Source: an uncultured Acidobacteriota bacterium (GTDB taxonomy: Bacteria > Acidobacteriota > Thermoanaerobaculia > UBA5066 > DATFVB01). From it: a stretch of 64,000 nt of DNA. The notes under the pieces were generated by a model. That model was not told where the DNA came from. It searched no databases and worked only from the letters and a program-made list of their open reading frames with translations. Location: assembly GCA_963813155.1 (NCBI GenBank), contig CAWEYG010000004.1, positions 72,918-136,917 of the forward strand. The letters run 5' to 3'. Positions 52,379-62,199 of the stretch are shown here, piece by piece. The position numbers and the translations under genes were made by a program. Positions within the stretch are counted from its first letter, which is position 1; every line of letters begins with the position of its first letter.

Positions 52379-52716
52379 TCAGAAGCTCGCGACCGCTTCC
52401 TCCAGGTCCTGATGAATCTCGAAGACGGAGTCGAGCTGCGTCATTTCCAGGAGCTTCTTCAGATTCGGTCCCGGCGCGAGCAGCTTGGTCTGGCCGCCCT
52501 TCCTTCTGCGAGTTCGTCAGCGTTCGCACGAGGGCGCCGAGCCCCGTGGAGTCGACGAGGCCGAGCGCCCCGCAGTCGATGAGGAGGTCTGACCTTGCCC
52601 TCTTCGAGGAGGCGCGTCACCGAGCGCTTGAAAGAAGCTTCGGACTCGCCGATCACCAGATCTCCCGAGAGAGAGACGATGCTCACCCGGCCATCTTCGC
52701 GAATTGAGATTTCCAT
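52379..52716 (-). CDS. STAS-domain anti-sigma-factor antagonist (frameshifted)
   Basis: VSIVSLSGDLVIG...VDSTGLGALV (phospho-Ser motif)...LLEMTQLDSVFEI. Confidence 0.85.
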
Positions 52717-52786
52717 GTTCTGGCGGGATCATCTCAAAAAGAAACCGGAAATGCTAGAGTCGAGGCCGGGGGAGGAACAACCTCAG

Positions 52787-53725
52787 TTGGCGCAAGAGAA
52801 ACCGGGGATTCTGGTCACCGGGGGTGCGGGGTTCATCGGAAGCCATGTCGCCCGCGCCTACGTGGAGGCGGGGCGCCGGGTCGTCGTCCTCGACAATTTC
52901 TCGACCGGTTCGCCGAGCGGGGTTCCCCCGGGGGCTGCCCTCGTCGAAGGCGACCTGAACGAGCTCGATCTCGAAGCCGTCTTCGCCGATCACGGCATCG
53001 GCGTCGTGAACCATCACGCGGCCCACATCGATCTGCGGGAATCCGTGCGGGACCCCGTTTTCGACGCGCAGGTGAACGTGATCTCGACGCTGAGGCTCCT
53101 GGAGTCCGCCCGCCGCGCGGGCGTCCGGAAAGTGATTTTCGCGTCGACCGGCGGGGCGATCTACGGCGAGCCCCGCGGCGCGATGGCAGCGGAAGACCAT
53201 CCGACCGACCCGCTCTCGCCGTACGGCGTCGCGAAACTGGCGGTCGAGAAATACCTCCACTTCTACCGCACGGAACACGGATTCGAGACCGTCGTTCTCC
53301 GCTACGCGAACGTCTACGGGCCGGGCCAGAACGGCAAGGGGGAGGCGGGTGCGGTCGCGATCTTTCTGGAGCGAATGCTCGCGGGCCTTCCGGCGATCAT
53401 CCACGGCGACGGTGAGCAGACCCGCGATTTCGTTTTCGTGGGCGACTGCGTCGAGGCGAACCGGCGCGTCCTCGAGGCCGGCCGGAGCGGAATCTGGAAC
53501 GTCGGCACCGGCGTCGAGACTTCCGTCAACGCGCTGGCGGAGCTGATCCGGACGGCCACGGGATCCCGCGCGCCGATCGAGCACGATGCGGCCGCCCCCG
53601 GGGAGCAGCGGCGAAGCGTGCTGGACGGCCGGAAGCTGCTGGCGGACTTCGGAATCGGAAGCTACGTGCCCTTGCGTGAAGGACTTGCCGCGACCGCGGC
53701 GGCTTTTCGCTCGTCCGGAGCCTGA
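52787..53725 (+). CDS. NAD-dependent epimerase/dehydratase (GalE-like)
   Basis: LVTGGAGFIGSH, STGGAIYG, YGVAK, RYANVYGP and GDGEQTRDF motifs. Confidence 0.93.
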   Translation: MAQEKPGILVTGGAGFIGSHVARAYVEAGRRVVVLDNFSTGSPSGVPPGAALVEGDLNELDLEAVFADHGIGVVNHHAAHIDLRESVRDPVFDAQVNVISTLRLLESARRAGVRKVIFASTGGAIYGEPRGAMAAEDHPTDPLSPYGVAKLAVEKYLHFYRTEHGFETVVLRYANVYGPGQNGKGEAGAVAIFLERMLAGLPAIIHGDGEQTRDFVFVGDCVEANRRVLEAGRSGIWNVGTGVETSVNALAELIRTATGSRAPIEHDAAAPGEQRRSVLDGRKLLADFGIGSYVPLREGLAATAAAFRSSGA

Positions 53726-53828
53726 CGGGGCTCGATCTCCTTCAGGGTCACTGAGGCCAGCGCGGTTGGCGAAATGCGATTCGATCCGGCGAGGGTAGCA
53801 GAGCGGGCGCGTCGCGCCGAAGACTCGG

Positions 53829-53844
53829 TGGCCCCGGCCTTGCT
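53829..53844 (+). promoter_or_regulatory. Sigma-54 -24/-12 promoter
   Basis: TGGCCCCGGCCTTGCT just upstream of the topoisomerase IB start. Confidence 0.55.
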
Positions 53845-53856
53845 GTTGGAGAGACC

Positions 53857-54868
53857 GTGACCAGAGTCGAAAGGCTTCTCGCGATCGGACTTCGAAGGGT
53901 CGCGGCAGGCTCGGGCCGATTTCGCTACGAGAACGCCGACGGCTCGGCTCCGTCGTCCGAGGACGAGGTCCGCGCCCGCCGCCTCGGGTTGCCGCCCGCC
54001 TGGTCCGACGTGCGGATCGAGCTCCGTCGGCGACGGCGAGCCTGCAGGCGATCGGAAAGGACGCCGCAGGCCGCTGGCAATACCGTTACCACGATTCCCG
54101 GGTTGCGAGCCGGGAGCGGGAGAAGGCCGCGAGGTTGAGAAAATTCGCGGCTCGGTTCCCGGCTCTGAGGGCGGCCGTCGCGAGAGACTTGCGCCGGCCC
54201 GGCCTGCCGCGGGAAAGGGTTCTGGCCGCGATGACGCGGATCCTCGCGACGCGGTTACACTCCGGCCGGGAAGCCGCGCCTATGCCGTGGAAAACGAGAG
54301 TTATGGAATTACGACTCTTCGCAAGAAGCACGTTTCGTTTCGAAACGGGGGCGCGGAGCTGCGATTCCGCGGGAAATCCGGCAAACAACGGTGTGTCGAC
54401 ACCGACGACCGCGGCGCCGTCGCCGTTCTGCGGCTTTGCGCGAAGCTGCCCGGCCGCGCGCTCTTCCAGTCACGCGATGCCGACGGGTCGGTCGCCGCGG
54501 TCCGTCGACGGCAGCTCAACGCCTACATTCGGGAGGGCATGGGCGAGGGCTTTTCCGCGAAGGACTTTCGCACATGGGCCGCGACGTTGATTTGCGCCAA
54601 CGAGCTCGCCCGGTCGTCCGACGGCGGCGTCGACTCGAAGACCACCCGGCGGAGACGGATCGTCGCGGCCGTCGCCGAGACCGCGCGGCGTCTCGGGAAC
54701 ACTCCCGCCGTGTGCCGAAGCTCTTACATCTCGCCTCGCGTGATTTCGAGCTTCGAACGAGGTGTGACGCTGCGGGTGACCGTTCCGTCGGTTGAGCGGC
54801 TCGGGCGCCGCGTCGCGCCCCACCCGATCGAGCGGGAACTCGGGAAATTGCTCGGGGAGGGCGGCTAA
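53857..54868 (+). CDS. DNA topoisomerase IB (bacterial poxvirus-like), frameshifted
   Basis: LPPAWSDVRI, GRWQYRYH, SYGITTLRKKH, FRGKSGK, SAKDFRTW, LGNTPAVCRSSYI. Confidence 0.9.
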
Positions 54869-54913
54869 TGGTATTCGGAAGGGGGTAGCTCCCCAACCGG
54901 TTGGGGCATTTTC

Positions 54914-54929
54914 TGGCACGGTTCTGGCT
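54914..54929 (+). promoter_or_regulatory. Sigma-54 -24/-12 promoter
   Basis: TGGCACGGTTCTGGCT upstream of ku; a TATCCT -10 just downstream is an alternative. Confidence 0.5.
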
Positions 54930-54944
54930 GCTATCCTCTCTGTC

Positions 54945-55756
54945 ATGAGAACGATCTGGAAAGGCCATTTGAGCTTCGGTTTGATCTCGGTGCCCGTCGG
55001 ACTCTACGCGGCCCTGGAGGCGTCCGAGCGCGTGTCGTTCCGCCTTCTTCATCGAAAGGACCTGTCGCCCATCGAGTACAAGAAGTACTGCGCTCGCGAG
55101 GACGTCGAAGTTTCCAACGACGAAATCGTGAAGGGCTACGAGGTCGAGAAGAACAAGTTCGCCGTCGTCGAGAAGGAGGAGCTCGAAAAGATGCAGGAAG
55201 AAGCGGGCGGCGGTTCCGACGATCACACGATCGAAGATGCTGGAATTCGTCGAGCTCGCGTCCATCAATCCGCTCTCGTTCGAGAAGCCGTATTACCTCG
55301 CGCCCGAAAAAGGGGGCGACAAGCCTTACGCCGTTCTGCGCGACGCCCTTCTCGAAGAGAGGAAAGTGGGGATCGTGCGGATGACCATTCGCACCCGTCC
55401 CCAGCTGGGCGTCCTGATCCCCTCTTCGAACGCGCTCGCCGTCGAGGTGATTCGCGCCGTTCGAGGAGTTGCGCGACACCGCGGAGCTCAAGCTGCCCGA
55501 GTCGGCGAAGAAGTCGGCGGAAATCAAGATGGCGAAACTGCTGATCGATCAGCTCACGACCGAGTGGGATCCCCAGGAGCACCCCGACGAGTACCGGGAG
55601 ACGCTCACGAAGCTGCTTTCCTCGAAGCGCAAGCACACGGTCGCGATCTCGCGCGCGGACACCAACGTCGTCGATCTCATGGACGCGCTCAAGAAGAGCG
55701 TCGCCCGAACGAAGAGCAGCAAGCCAAAGAAGGCCGCGAAGGCGGGGGCCGCTTAG
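54945..55756 (+). CDS. ku: NHEJ Ku protein (frameshifts at ~55235 and ~55455)
   Basis: MRTIWKGHLSFGLISVPV, IVKGYE, FEKPYYLAP, DEYRE and NVVDLMDALKKS motifs. Confidence 0.93.
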
Positions 55757-55771
55757 CGGTCGAGTCGCCGT

Positions 55772-57383
55772 CTAGGAGTCGAGCACCCGGCGGATCGTCC
55801 GCAGGACCTCCTCGGCCTTGTAGGGTTTGTTCAGGAACGCCTGGACGCCGCCGGCTTCTATTCTTTCCCTTTCCGTTTCGTCCGCGAATCCGCTCACGAG
55901 GATGATCTTCGCCGACGGGTTCGCCTTGCGGAGACGCACGAACGTCGGCCAGCCGCCGAGCTCCGGCATTCCGAGATCGGAGAAGACGACCGAAATGCCG
56001 CGGCCCTGCTCGTAGAGCTTCAAGGCCTCGACGCCGTTCCGGGCCGTCAGAACGTGGTATCCCTCGGACTCGATCAGTTCGCGCAGCGACTCGAGGAGCA
56101 GCGGCTCGTCCTCGACGACGAGGACGGTCTCCGGGCGGTCCAGGCCGGGATCTCCCGGACGGCGTCGCTGGCGCGGACGCGCGGCCGCGTCGGGTTTCTT
56201 CGGCCTCCGGCAGCGAACGCGTCGGAAGATCGGGAGAAACACTTCGAATGTTCGTCCCCTTCCCGATCTCGGACTCCAGCTCGATGTGACCGGTGTGGCC
56301 TGTGACGACTCCGTAGACGACGGAGAGCCCGAGACCCGACCCCCCCTTGTCCCGCTTCGTCGTGAAGAACGGCTCGAAGACGCGGGTTCGGGTCGCGTCG
56401 TTCATTCCCATGCCGGTGTCGGAAACCCGGAGCGCGACGAACGTCGAGGGCGCGGATGCCGGGGATGCCCGGCGCTGCGCGAGGCGCGTCTCGATTCGGA
56501 TCTCTCCCTGGTCGCGGATCGCGTCCCGGGCGTTCATGTAGAGGTTCATCAGCATCTGCTGAAGCTGGGTGGGATTTCCTTCGACCGCCGGGAGATCGTC
56601 GGCGAGATCGAGGTGGATCGCGATTCGTTTGGGAAAGGTTGCCCGGAGCAGGGTGACGGTGTCGTGGACGATCGAGTTGACCGGAACGCTTCGAAACCCT
56701 TCCTTCTCGCCCCTTCGGCCGAACGCGAGGAGCTGCCGCACGAGTCCGGCCCCCCGGTCCACGGCCGCCTGGATCGCCTCGGCGGAGAAAGAGTCGGCCG
56801 TCGTCCCCGATCTTCGGATCCGGTCGACGTAGCTGGCGATGATGGTCAGGATGTTGTTGAAGTCGTGAGCGATGCCGCCGGCGAGGCTTCCCACGCTTTC
56901 GAGCTTCTGCGCCTGCAGGAGCTCTTCGGAAAGGAGCCGGCTCTCCGTGATGTCGCGCAGGTTCCACTGAAGGGTCGGGCGCCCGGTCGACCGGTCGCGG
57001 CTCACGACGCGGTGAAGCCAGATCGACTTTCCGTCGTTCGAGCGGAGCTCCACCTCGCGCCGCGTGAGGGTCCCTTCCGGGCCGGAGAGCTTCCAGTCGT
57101 CCGGCGCGGGGTCGGCGAGAGCGAGAGCGGGGATTTCGGCGATGGAGCGTCCGACGAGGTCCTCGCGCCGCGCGCCCAGGAGCCGGAGCAGGAAAGGATT
57201 CACGTCGAAGATCTCCATCGACTCCTCGTCGACGAGAAGAATTCCTTCGCGCGCGGTTTCGAAGACCCGCCGGTAACGGGCGAGGGCCGCCTCATCGAGC
57301 CCGAGTTTCTCCGGACCGGTCGACAGGGACCCGGCGACGCCATCTTTCGCTGGCTGCTTCCTCGTTGTCCGAGATCGCATCAT
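55772..57383 (-). CDS. PAS-domain hybrid histidine kinase (HK-REC); frameshift at ~56245
   Basis: PAS; QKLESVGSLAGGIAHDFNNIL; DTGMGM; FEPFFTTK; GLGL; REC VLVVEDE...SDLGMP...KP. Confidence 0.9.
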
Positions 57384-57451
57384 CCGTCGTTGAACTTCAC
57401 AGAGGCTTCCGAGCAAAGATAGGGCCAACTTCGGGGCCGGGCACGGCTGGC

Positions 57452-57467
57452 TGGCATGAAAGCTGCT
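57452..57467 (+). promoter_or_regulatory. Sigma-54 -24/-12 promoter
   Basis: TGGCATGAAAGCTGCT followed by AAGGAGG RBS. Confidence 0.55.
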
Positions 57468-57492
57468 TTTCGGGAACATTAAGGAGGAGCTC

Positions 57493-57897
57493 ATGAAACG
57501 TCTGCAAATCGGAACCCTTATCTCGGTGGTCTCGCTCGTCGCGGGAATCGCGCTCGCTCGGCAATCGGATTCGACGGCGTCGGGAACGACGGCGACGGAG
57601 TCGAAGTCGACGACGAAAACCAAGAGTCCGTCGGGAACGACGAAGATGAAATCCCACTCCGCGACGGGAACGGTCAAGGAATTCGAGTCGGGAAAGAAGA
57701 TCGTCGTCACGACCGCGAACAAGAAGAACCGGTCCTGGGACCTCGACGACAAAGACACGGCCTACGACGTGGACTCCACGGTCGCTGTCGGGTCGAAAGT
57801 CTCGGTCATGGAAAAGACCGATGCGGACGGCAAGAAGTCGGTCTCCGTTTCTCCCGTCAAGAGCAAGAGCAAGAGCAAAAGCAAGAAAACGTCCTAG
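57493..57897 (+). CDS. Small secreted Lys/Ser/Thr-rich OB-fold-like protein
   Basis: Strong RBS; signal peptide; TGTVKEFESGKKIVV; C-terminal (KS)n. Confidence 0.75.
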   Translation: MKRLQIGTLISVVSLVAGIALARQSDSTASGTTATESKSTTKTKSPSGTTKMKSHSATGTVKEFESGKKIVVTTANKKNRSWDLDDKDTAYDVDSTVAVGSKVSVMEKTDADGKKSVSVSPVKSKSKSKSKKTS

Positions 57898-57916
57898 CTC
57901 GCGAACCTCGCGCGAC

Positions 57917-57952
57917 GACGGACCTGACCCTGGTCGGGTCCGTTTTCTTTTT
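57917..57952 (+). terminator. Rho-independent terminator
   Basis: GACGGACCTGACC-ct-GGTCGGGTCCGTT followed by TTCTTTTT. Confidence 0.75.
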
Positions 57953-57999
57953 CGCCGGCCGGCCGGCTGGCGCCCGAATGCCGGCGTTAAGATGGTTTC

Positions 58000-58950
58000 G
58001 TGAAGTCTTCCCTCGAGGAGCCGATGACTCCCATGCTCGCGACGCTCGTCGACGATCCGTTTTCGCGCGCCGGGTGGGTTTACGAGGAAAAGTACGACGG
58101 ATATCGCGCGATCGCCTACGTGAACGGCGGAGTGCGGATCTATTCGCGAAACCGGAAGCCTCTGACGGCCGCGTTTCCCGAGATTTCCGAGGCCTTGCGG
58201 AAGCTTCGCGGCCCGTCGCGGTCGGGAACGATCGTCCTCGACGGCGAAATCGTCGCGTTCGACGGGAAAGGGATTTCCCGTTTCCAGCTCCTGCAGCGGC
58301 GGGAGCTCGGCGAATCCGTCCGGCCGGTGTTCGCCGCGTTCGACTGTCTCGCGCGGGGCGGCAAGTCCCTGCTTGCGAGGCCGCTCTCCGAGCGGCGACT
58401 CGCTCTCGAGTCGATCGTGCCGGAAGGCGATGGCCTCGTGATCCGCTCGCGCCGCCTGCCGGCCGACGGGCTCAAGGCCTACGACCTCGCGCGGCGGCGG
58501 GGATGGGAGGGGATCATCGCGAAGAGCGAGGCCTCGATCTATCGCCCCGGGATTCGCTCGCGCGACTGGCTGAAGGTGAAGGTCCGGAAGGAATCGGAAT
58601 TCGTGATCGGCGGCTATACGGCTCCGGGCGGAAGCCGGAACCACTTCGGCGCGCTCCTCGTCGGCCTGTACGACGGGGAGAGCCTTCGGTACACGGGAAA
58701 GGTCGGTACGGGCTTTTCGGAAAAGATCCTGGCCGACCTCGCCGCGAAAATGCGGCCTCTCCGGACCGATCGGCCCGCGTTCCGCGATCCTCCCCGCGAG
58801 AAGGGCGCGATCTGGGTGAAGGCGGGTCTCGTCGCCCAGCTCGCGTTCGCCGAGTGGACGGCCGACGGAAAACTCCGCCAGCCTGTCTTCCTCGGACTGC
58901 GGAAGGACAAGAAACCCCGCGAATGCCGGTGGAGCGAACGTGAAGAGTGA
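58000..58950 (+). CDS. ligD: LigD ATP-dependent ligase domain
   Basis: PMLATL, EEKYDGYR (motif I), LDGEIV, EGIIAK, WLKVK, GKVGTGF, LRQPVFLGLR. Confidence 0.93.
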   Translation: MKSSLEEPMTPMLATLVDDPFSRAGWVYEEKYDGYRAIAYVNGGVRIYSRNRKPLTAAFPEISEALRKLRGPSRSGTIVLDGEIVAFDGKGISRFQLLQRRELGESVRPVFAAFDCLARGGKSLLARPLSERRLALESIVPEGDGLVIRSRRLPADGLKAYDLARRRGWEGIIAKSEASIYRPGIRSRDWLKVKVRKESEFVIGGYTAPGGSRNHFGALLVGLYDGESLRYTGKVGTGFSEKILADLAAKMRPLRTDRPAFRDPPREKGAIWVKAGLVAQLAFAEWTADGKLRQPVFLGLRKDKKPRECRWSEREE

Positions 58951-59815
58951 GGCGGCGACTCTCGCGGGGGTCGTCATCAGCAATCCCGGGAAGATGTGGT
59001 GGCCGCAGGAGAAGATCTCGAAGCTCGACGTCGCGAAATTCTACGACACGATCTCTCCGTCGATTCTGCCCTGGCTGAAGGACCGGCCGCTGACGGCGGA
59101 ACGCTGTCCCGACGGCATGAACGGGCCCTGTTTCTTCCAGAAGAACTTCGACAAGGGGCTCCCGGCCGGAGTTCCGACGGTTCCGATCCCCTCGGAGAGC
59201 ACGCGAAAAATGGTTCATTACGTGCTGGGCGGAAGCCGCAAGGCGGTCCTCGCGATGGTGAACCTCGGCTGCATTGCCGTGCACACGATGAATTGCCGGA
59301 AGGACGCGCTCGCGCGCCCCGACTGGCTCGCGTTCGACCTGGATCCCGGGTCGGGCAAGTTCTCGGACGCGGCGAAGGCGGGAAAAATTCTCGGAGCGCT
59401 GCTCGACGATCTGGGGCTCGTTTCCTACCCGAAGACTTCGGGAAGCCGCGGCCTCCACGTGTTCGTGCCGCTTCGCCGCGGGCCGACGCAAGACGAGGTT
59501 CGCGCGTTCGCCGCGTCGGTCGGCGCGATGCTCGCGGAGAGGGCTCCGAAGCTCGTCACGGTCGAGATGTCAAAGGCGAAACGGCGCGGCCGCGTCTTCG
59601 CGGACGCGCTGCGCAACGCGTTCGGGCAGACCATCGCCTCGCCCTATTCCGTCAGGCGCCGGCCTCTGGCCCCCATTTCCATGCCGCTCGACTGGAGCGA
59701 AGTGGACCCGAAGCTGGACCCGTCGGCGTTCAACCTTCGGAACGCCGATCGCCGGCTCGCCGGCCCGAATCCCTGGTCGGATTTCTGGAAGAAACGGCAG
59801 GGCCTGCCGGGCTAG
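58940..59815 (+). CDS. ligD: LigD polymerase (primase-like) domain, stand-alone
   Basis: RCPDG, FFQKN, FDLDPG, KTSGSRGLH and ASPYSVR motifs. Confidence 0.92.
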   Translation: MKSEAATLAGVVISNPGKMWWPQEKISKLDVAKFYDTISPSILPWLKDRPLTAERCPDGMNGPCFFQKNFDKGLPAGVPTVPIPSESTRKMVHYVLGGSRKAVLAMVNLGCIAVHTMNCRKDALARPDWLAFDLDPGSGKFSDAAKAGKILGALLDDLGLVSYPKTSGSRGLHVFVPLRRGPTQDEVRAFAASVGAMLAERAPKLVTVEMSKAKRRGRVFADALRNAFGQTIASPYSVRRRPLAPISMPLDWSEVDPKLDPSAFNLRNADRRLAGPNPWSDFWKKRQGLPG

Positions 59816-59825
59816 TGCCCCGACC

Positions 59826-60143
59826 TCACTGCTTGACTTGAAGCTCGTTGTTGACCCGAACGACGCCGTCGACGCCCCGCGCGACTTCGCCGGCCAGCCG
59901 CCTCTCGTCCGCGTTGTGAACCTCGCCGGCGAGCGTCACCACGCCATTCGTCGAATTGACCTCGACATTCGTCAGCGTGGAGAGTCGGACGTCGGCCGCG
60001 AGTTTCGCCTTCACGGACGCTTTGATGCCGGCGTCGTCAACCTGACGCCCCGCCGACGTGGTCGTCTTGCACGCCGCCAGCCCGAGGAGCAGAACCAGGG
60101 CGATCGCGCCCGCCGCAGAAACCGAGAGAATCTTTCGCATCAC
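59826..60143 (-). CDS. BON-domain lipoprotein
   Basis: LAAC lipobox; VDDAGIKASVKAKL...GVVTLAG...VDGVVRVNNELQV. Confidence 0.9.
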   Translation of the reverse strand: MMRKILSVSAAGAIALVLLLGLAACKTTTSAGRQVDDAGIKASVKAKLAADVRLSTLTNVEVNSTNGVVTLAGEVHNADERRLAGEVARGVDGVVRVNNELQVKQ

Positions 60144-60188
60144 TTCTCCTTCATTCGGGACGCATTCGAGTCCCGGTCCTTCTGCGAA

Positions 60189-60232
60189 TGCACGGCATGT
60201 GCCACCGCGCTGCGGCTGGCCCGGGGCTTGCT
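60189..60232. promoter_or_regulatory. Back-to-back sigma-54 promoters
   Basis: Minus strand TGGCACATGCCGTGCA (60204-60189); plus strand TGGCCCGGGGCTTGCT (60217-60232). Confidence 0.6.
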
Positions 60233-60244
60233 CACAGAGTCGAA

Positions 60245-61735
60245 GTGAAGACTTTCAAATCGCGGGCGCCGAAAATCGTGTTCCTGTCGATCGCGGGGCT
60301 TACCGTCCTGCTGGTCGGTCTCGGGCTCGGGGCTGTCGTCTGGTCCAATCGGGTTCTCCGCGGAGGGAAGCTCCGGTCGTGGGTGAACGGCCACCCGGAG
60401 AGACTCCTCCTTGAGTACGGCGATGCGTCCTCCTCGTGGCCCGGCATCGTCCGGGTCCGCGGGTTGAGGCTCCGGGGCCGCGATCCGAACGTCGAGTGGG
60501 AGTTTCGCATCGAGGACTGCCGGGTCCACGTGTCGCTGCCGGATCTCTTTCGAAGGCAATTCCACGCGACTTCGGTGGAGGCGCGAGGGCTGACGTTCCG
60601 TCTCCGGCAGAGGGTCGAGAAGGGCCGGGAGTCCTCCCGACTGAAGTTTCTGCCGCCGATCGAGGGTTTCGCCGAAGTTCCCCTGCGCGGCGAGCCGTCC
60701 GCGCCTCCCCTGGACAAAGCCGAGGACCTGTGGGGCGTCCGAATCGACCGTCTCGCCGCCTCTCCCGTTCGAGAAGTGTGGGTGGACTCCTACCGTTACG
60801 AGGGAAACGCGAACCTGACGGGGGAGCTGGCACTCCAGCCGAGACGGCGGGCCGCCGTCGGCCCGGCGACCCTGTCCTGGAACGCCGGAACGCTTTCGAT
60901 CTTCGGCAAGCCGGCCGCATCGCCGATTCGAGCCCGGATCGACTGCCGCATCGCCGCCTACGACCCGGGCCGAGTGCGCGGCTCGGCCGTGTGGGACTTC
61001 ATCAGCGCCCGCGCCGACTGGAGCGGCGATCTCGCGGGGCTCGAATTCCTCGATCCGCTCCTCGACGGTCCCCCGCGCCTCTCGGGAGGGAGGGGAACGA
61101 TGAGCGGCCGGATCCGGCTCGAGACGGGGAAAGGAGAGGCTCGAATCGCGCTGGCCGCGGATGGAGCCTCGGCTGTCTACCCGAAAGAGCGGTTGCAGGG
61201 GACAGTATCCGGGGAATTGCGAATGAACCCCTGGCGTCCCGCGCTCGGCGTCGCGGAAGTCGCCGGCAGCACGGTGATCCTTCGCAACGTTCGGGCTGCG
61301 TCCGAGGGCAGCCGGGAATGGTGGGGAGATTTCAAGGTCGTTTCCGGCCGCCTCCGTTCGGTCCGCCGGGGACTTCGGCTCACCGCGAATGTGGAAAGCA
61401 AGTGCCGCGACGCCCGCCCGCTGTTCACGCTCTTCGGAGTGGGGCTCCCTCGCTGGACCCGGGCGCTGACGGTGCTCGAAGGGTTCTCGGCTCGATCCGG
61501 CGTCGACTTCGCTTCCGGGCTTTCGCGCATCGAGGGCTTCGACGCGACCGGCGGGAATTTCCATATTCGAGGAGACTCCGTTCGAATCGGCGAGGCGAAA
61601 CAAGGCGCTTTCCTCGTCGAGGACGGGCCGCTTCGGGTGGGCGTGGAGATCGAGGACTCGGGGACCCGGCTCCACCTGATCGGGGCGGAAAAATGGTTTC
61701 GGGAGAAAGCCCCCTCGAGACCCGGGCGAATGTGA
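60245..61735 (+). CDS. Hypothetical N-anchored beta-rich protein (AsmA-like, tentative)
   Basis: N-terminal TM, then a long amphipathic beta-strand pattern. Confidence 0.55.
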   Translation: MKTFKSRAPKIVFLSIAGLTVLLVGLGLGAVVWSNRVLRGGKLRSWVNGHPERLLLEYGDASSSWPGIVRVRGLRLRGRDPNVEWEFRIEDCRVHVSLPDLFRRQFHATSVEARGLTFRLRQRVEKGRESSRLKFLPPIEGFAEVPLRGEPSAPPLDKAEDLWGVRIDRLAASPVREVWVDSYRYEGNANLTGELALQPRRRAAVGPATLSWNAGTLSIFGKPAASPIRARIDCRIAAYDPGRVRGSAVWDFISARADWSGDLAGLEFLDPLLDGPPRLSGGRGTMSGRIRLETGKGEARIALAADGASAVYPKERLQGTVSGELRMNPWRPALGVAEVAGSTVILRNVRAASEGSREWWGDFKVVSGRLRSVRRGLRLTANVESKCRDARPLFTLFGVGLPRWTRALTVLEGFSARSGVDFASGLSRIEGFDATGGNFHIRGDSVRIGEAKQGAFLVEDGPLRVGVEIEDSGTRLHLIGAEKWFREKAPSRPGRM

Positions 61736-61905
61736 TTGTGCGCCGTTGTTTCCCGGGTTTATACTGAAAGCGAGCTGGCCGCGCGAGTGGGGGCGAGGGC
61801 TCAAGATTGCGTCTTTTCGACTTCGCCCCCACTCGCGGGTTGTTTGGTGGGCTGCCTGTCCGGGACCCTTGCAAAAAGCATTCCCAACTCCAAGGAGGAT
61901 GCGCG

Positions 61906-62199
61906 TTGAAGTACGGAAGGATCTGGATGCTCGCGAGTTGCGCCTGTCTGGCGGCCGGCTGCACAAGCCTTCGGCCGGAAGCGCGCGAAGTGCGCCTCAC
62001 GCACGACTCGAAGGACGTCAACGGATGCAGGGAGATCGACGCCGTTCAGTCGTGGGTCGCCTTCAGCTTCCGGAGCGCCGAGAATCAACTGAAGAACAAG
62101 GCGGCGAAGCTCAAGGGCGACACCGTTCTCGTGAGGTCGACGTTCGGCGACGATCTGGGAACCGCCTACGACTGCTCCCAGTCGCAGCCGAAGAAGTAG
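61906..62199 (+). CDS. Small lipoprotein (DUF4156-like)
   Basis: AGGAGG RBS + TTG; LAAGC lipobox; NQLKNKAAKLKGDTV...GTAYDC. Confidence 0.7.
   Translation: MKYGRIWMLASCACLAAGCTSLRPEAREVRLTHDSKDVNGCREIDAVQSWVAFSFRSAENQLKNKAAKLKGDTVLVRSTFGDDLGTAYDCSQSQPKK

Noticed and set aside
57859-57885. (AAGAGC)n microsatellite as a phase-variation tract
   Set aside because: In-frame 6-nt unit encoding a KS tail at the C-terminus; length change would not switch expression.
57968-57982. Sigma-54 promoter for ligD
   Set aside because: TGGCGCCCGAATGC has GG-N9-GC spacing; a TAAGAT -10 six nt before the GTG fits better.
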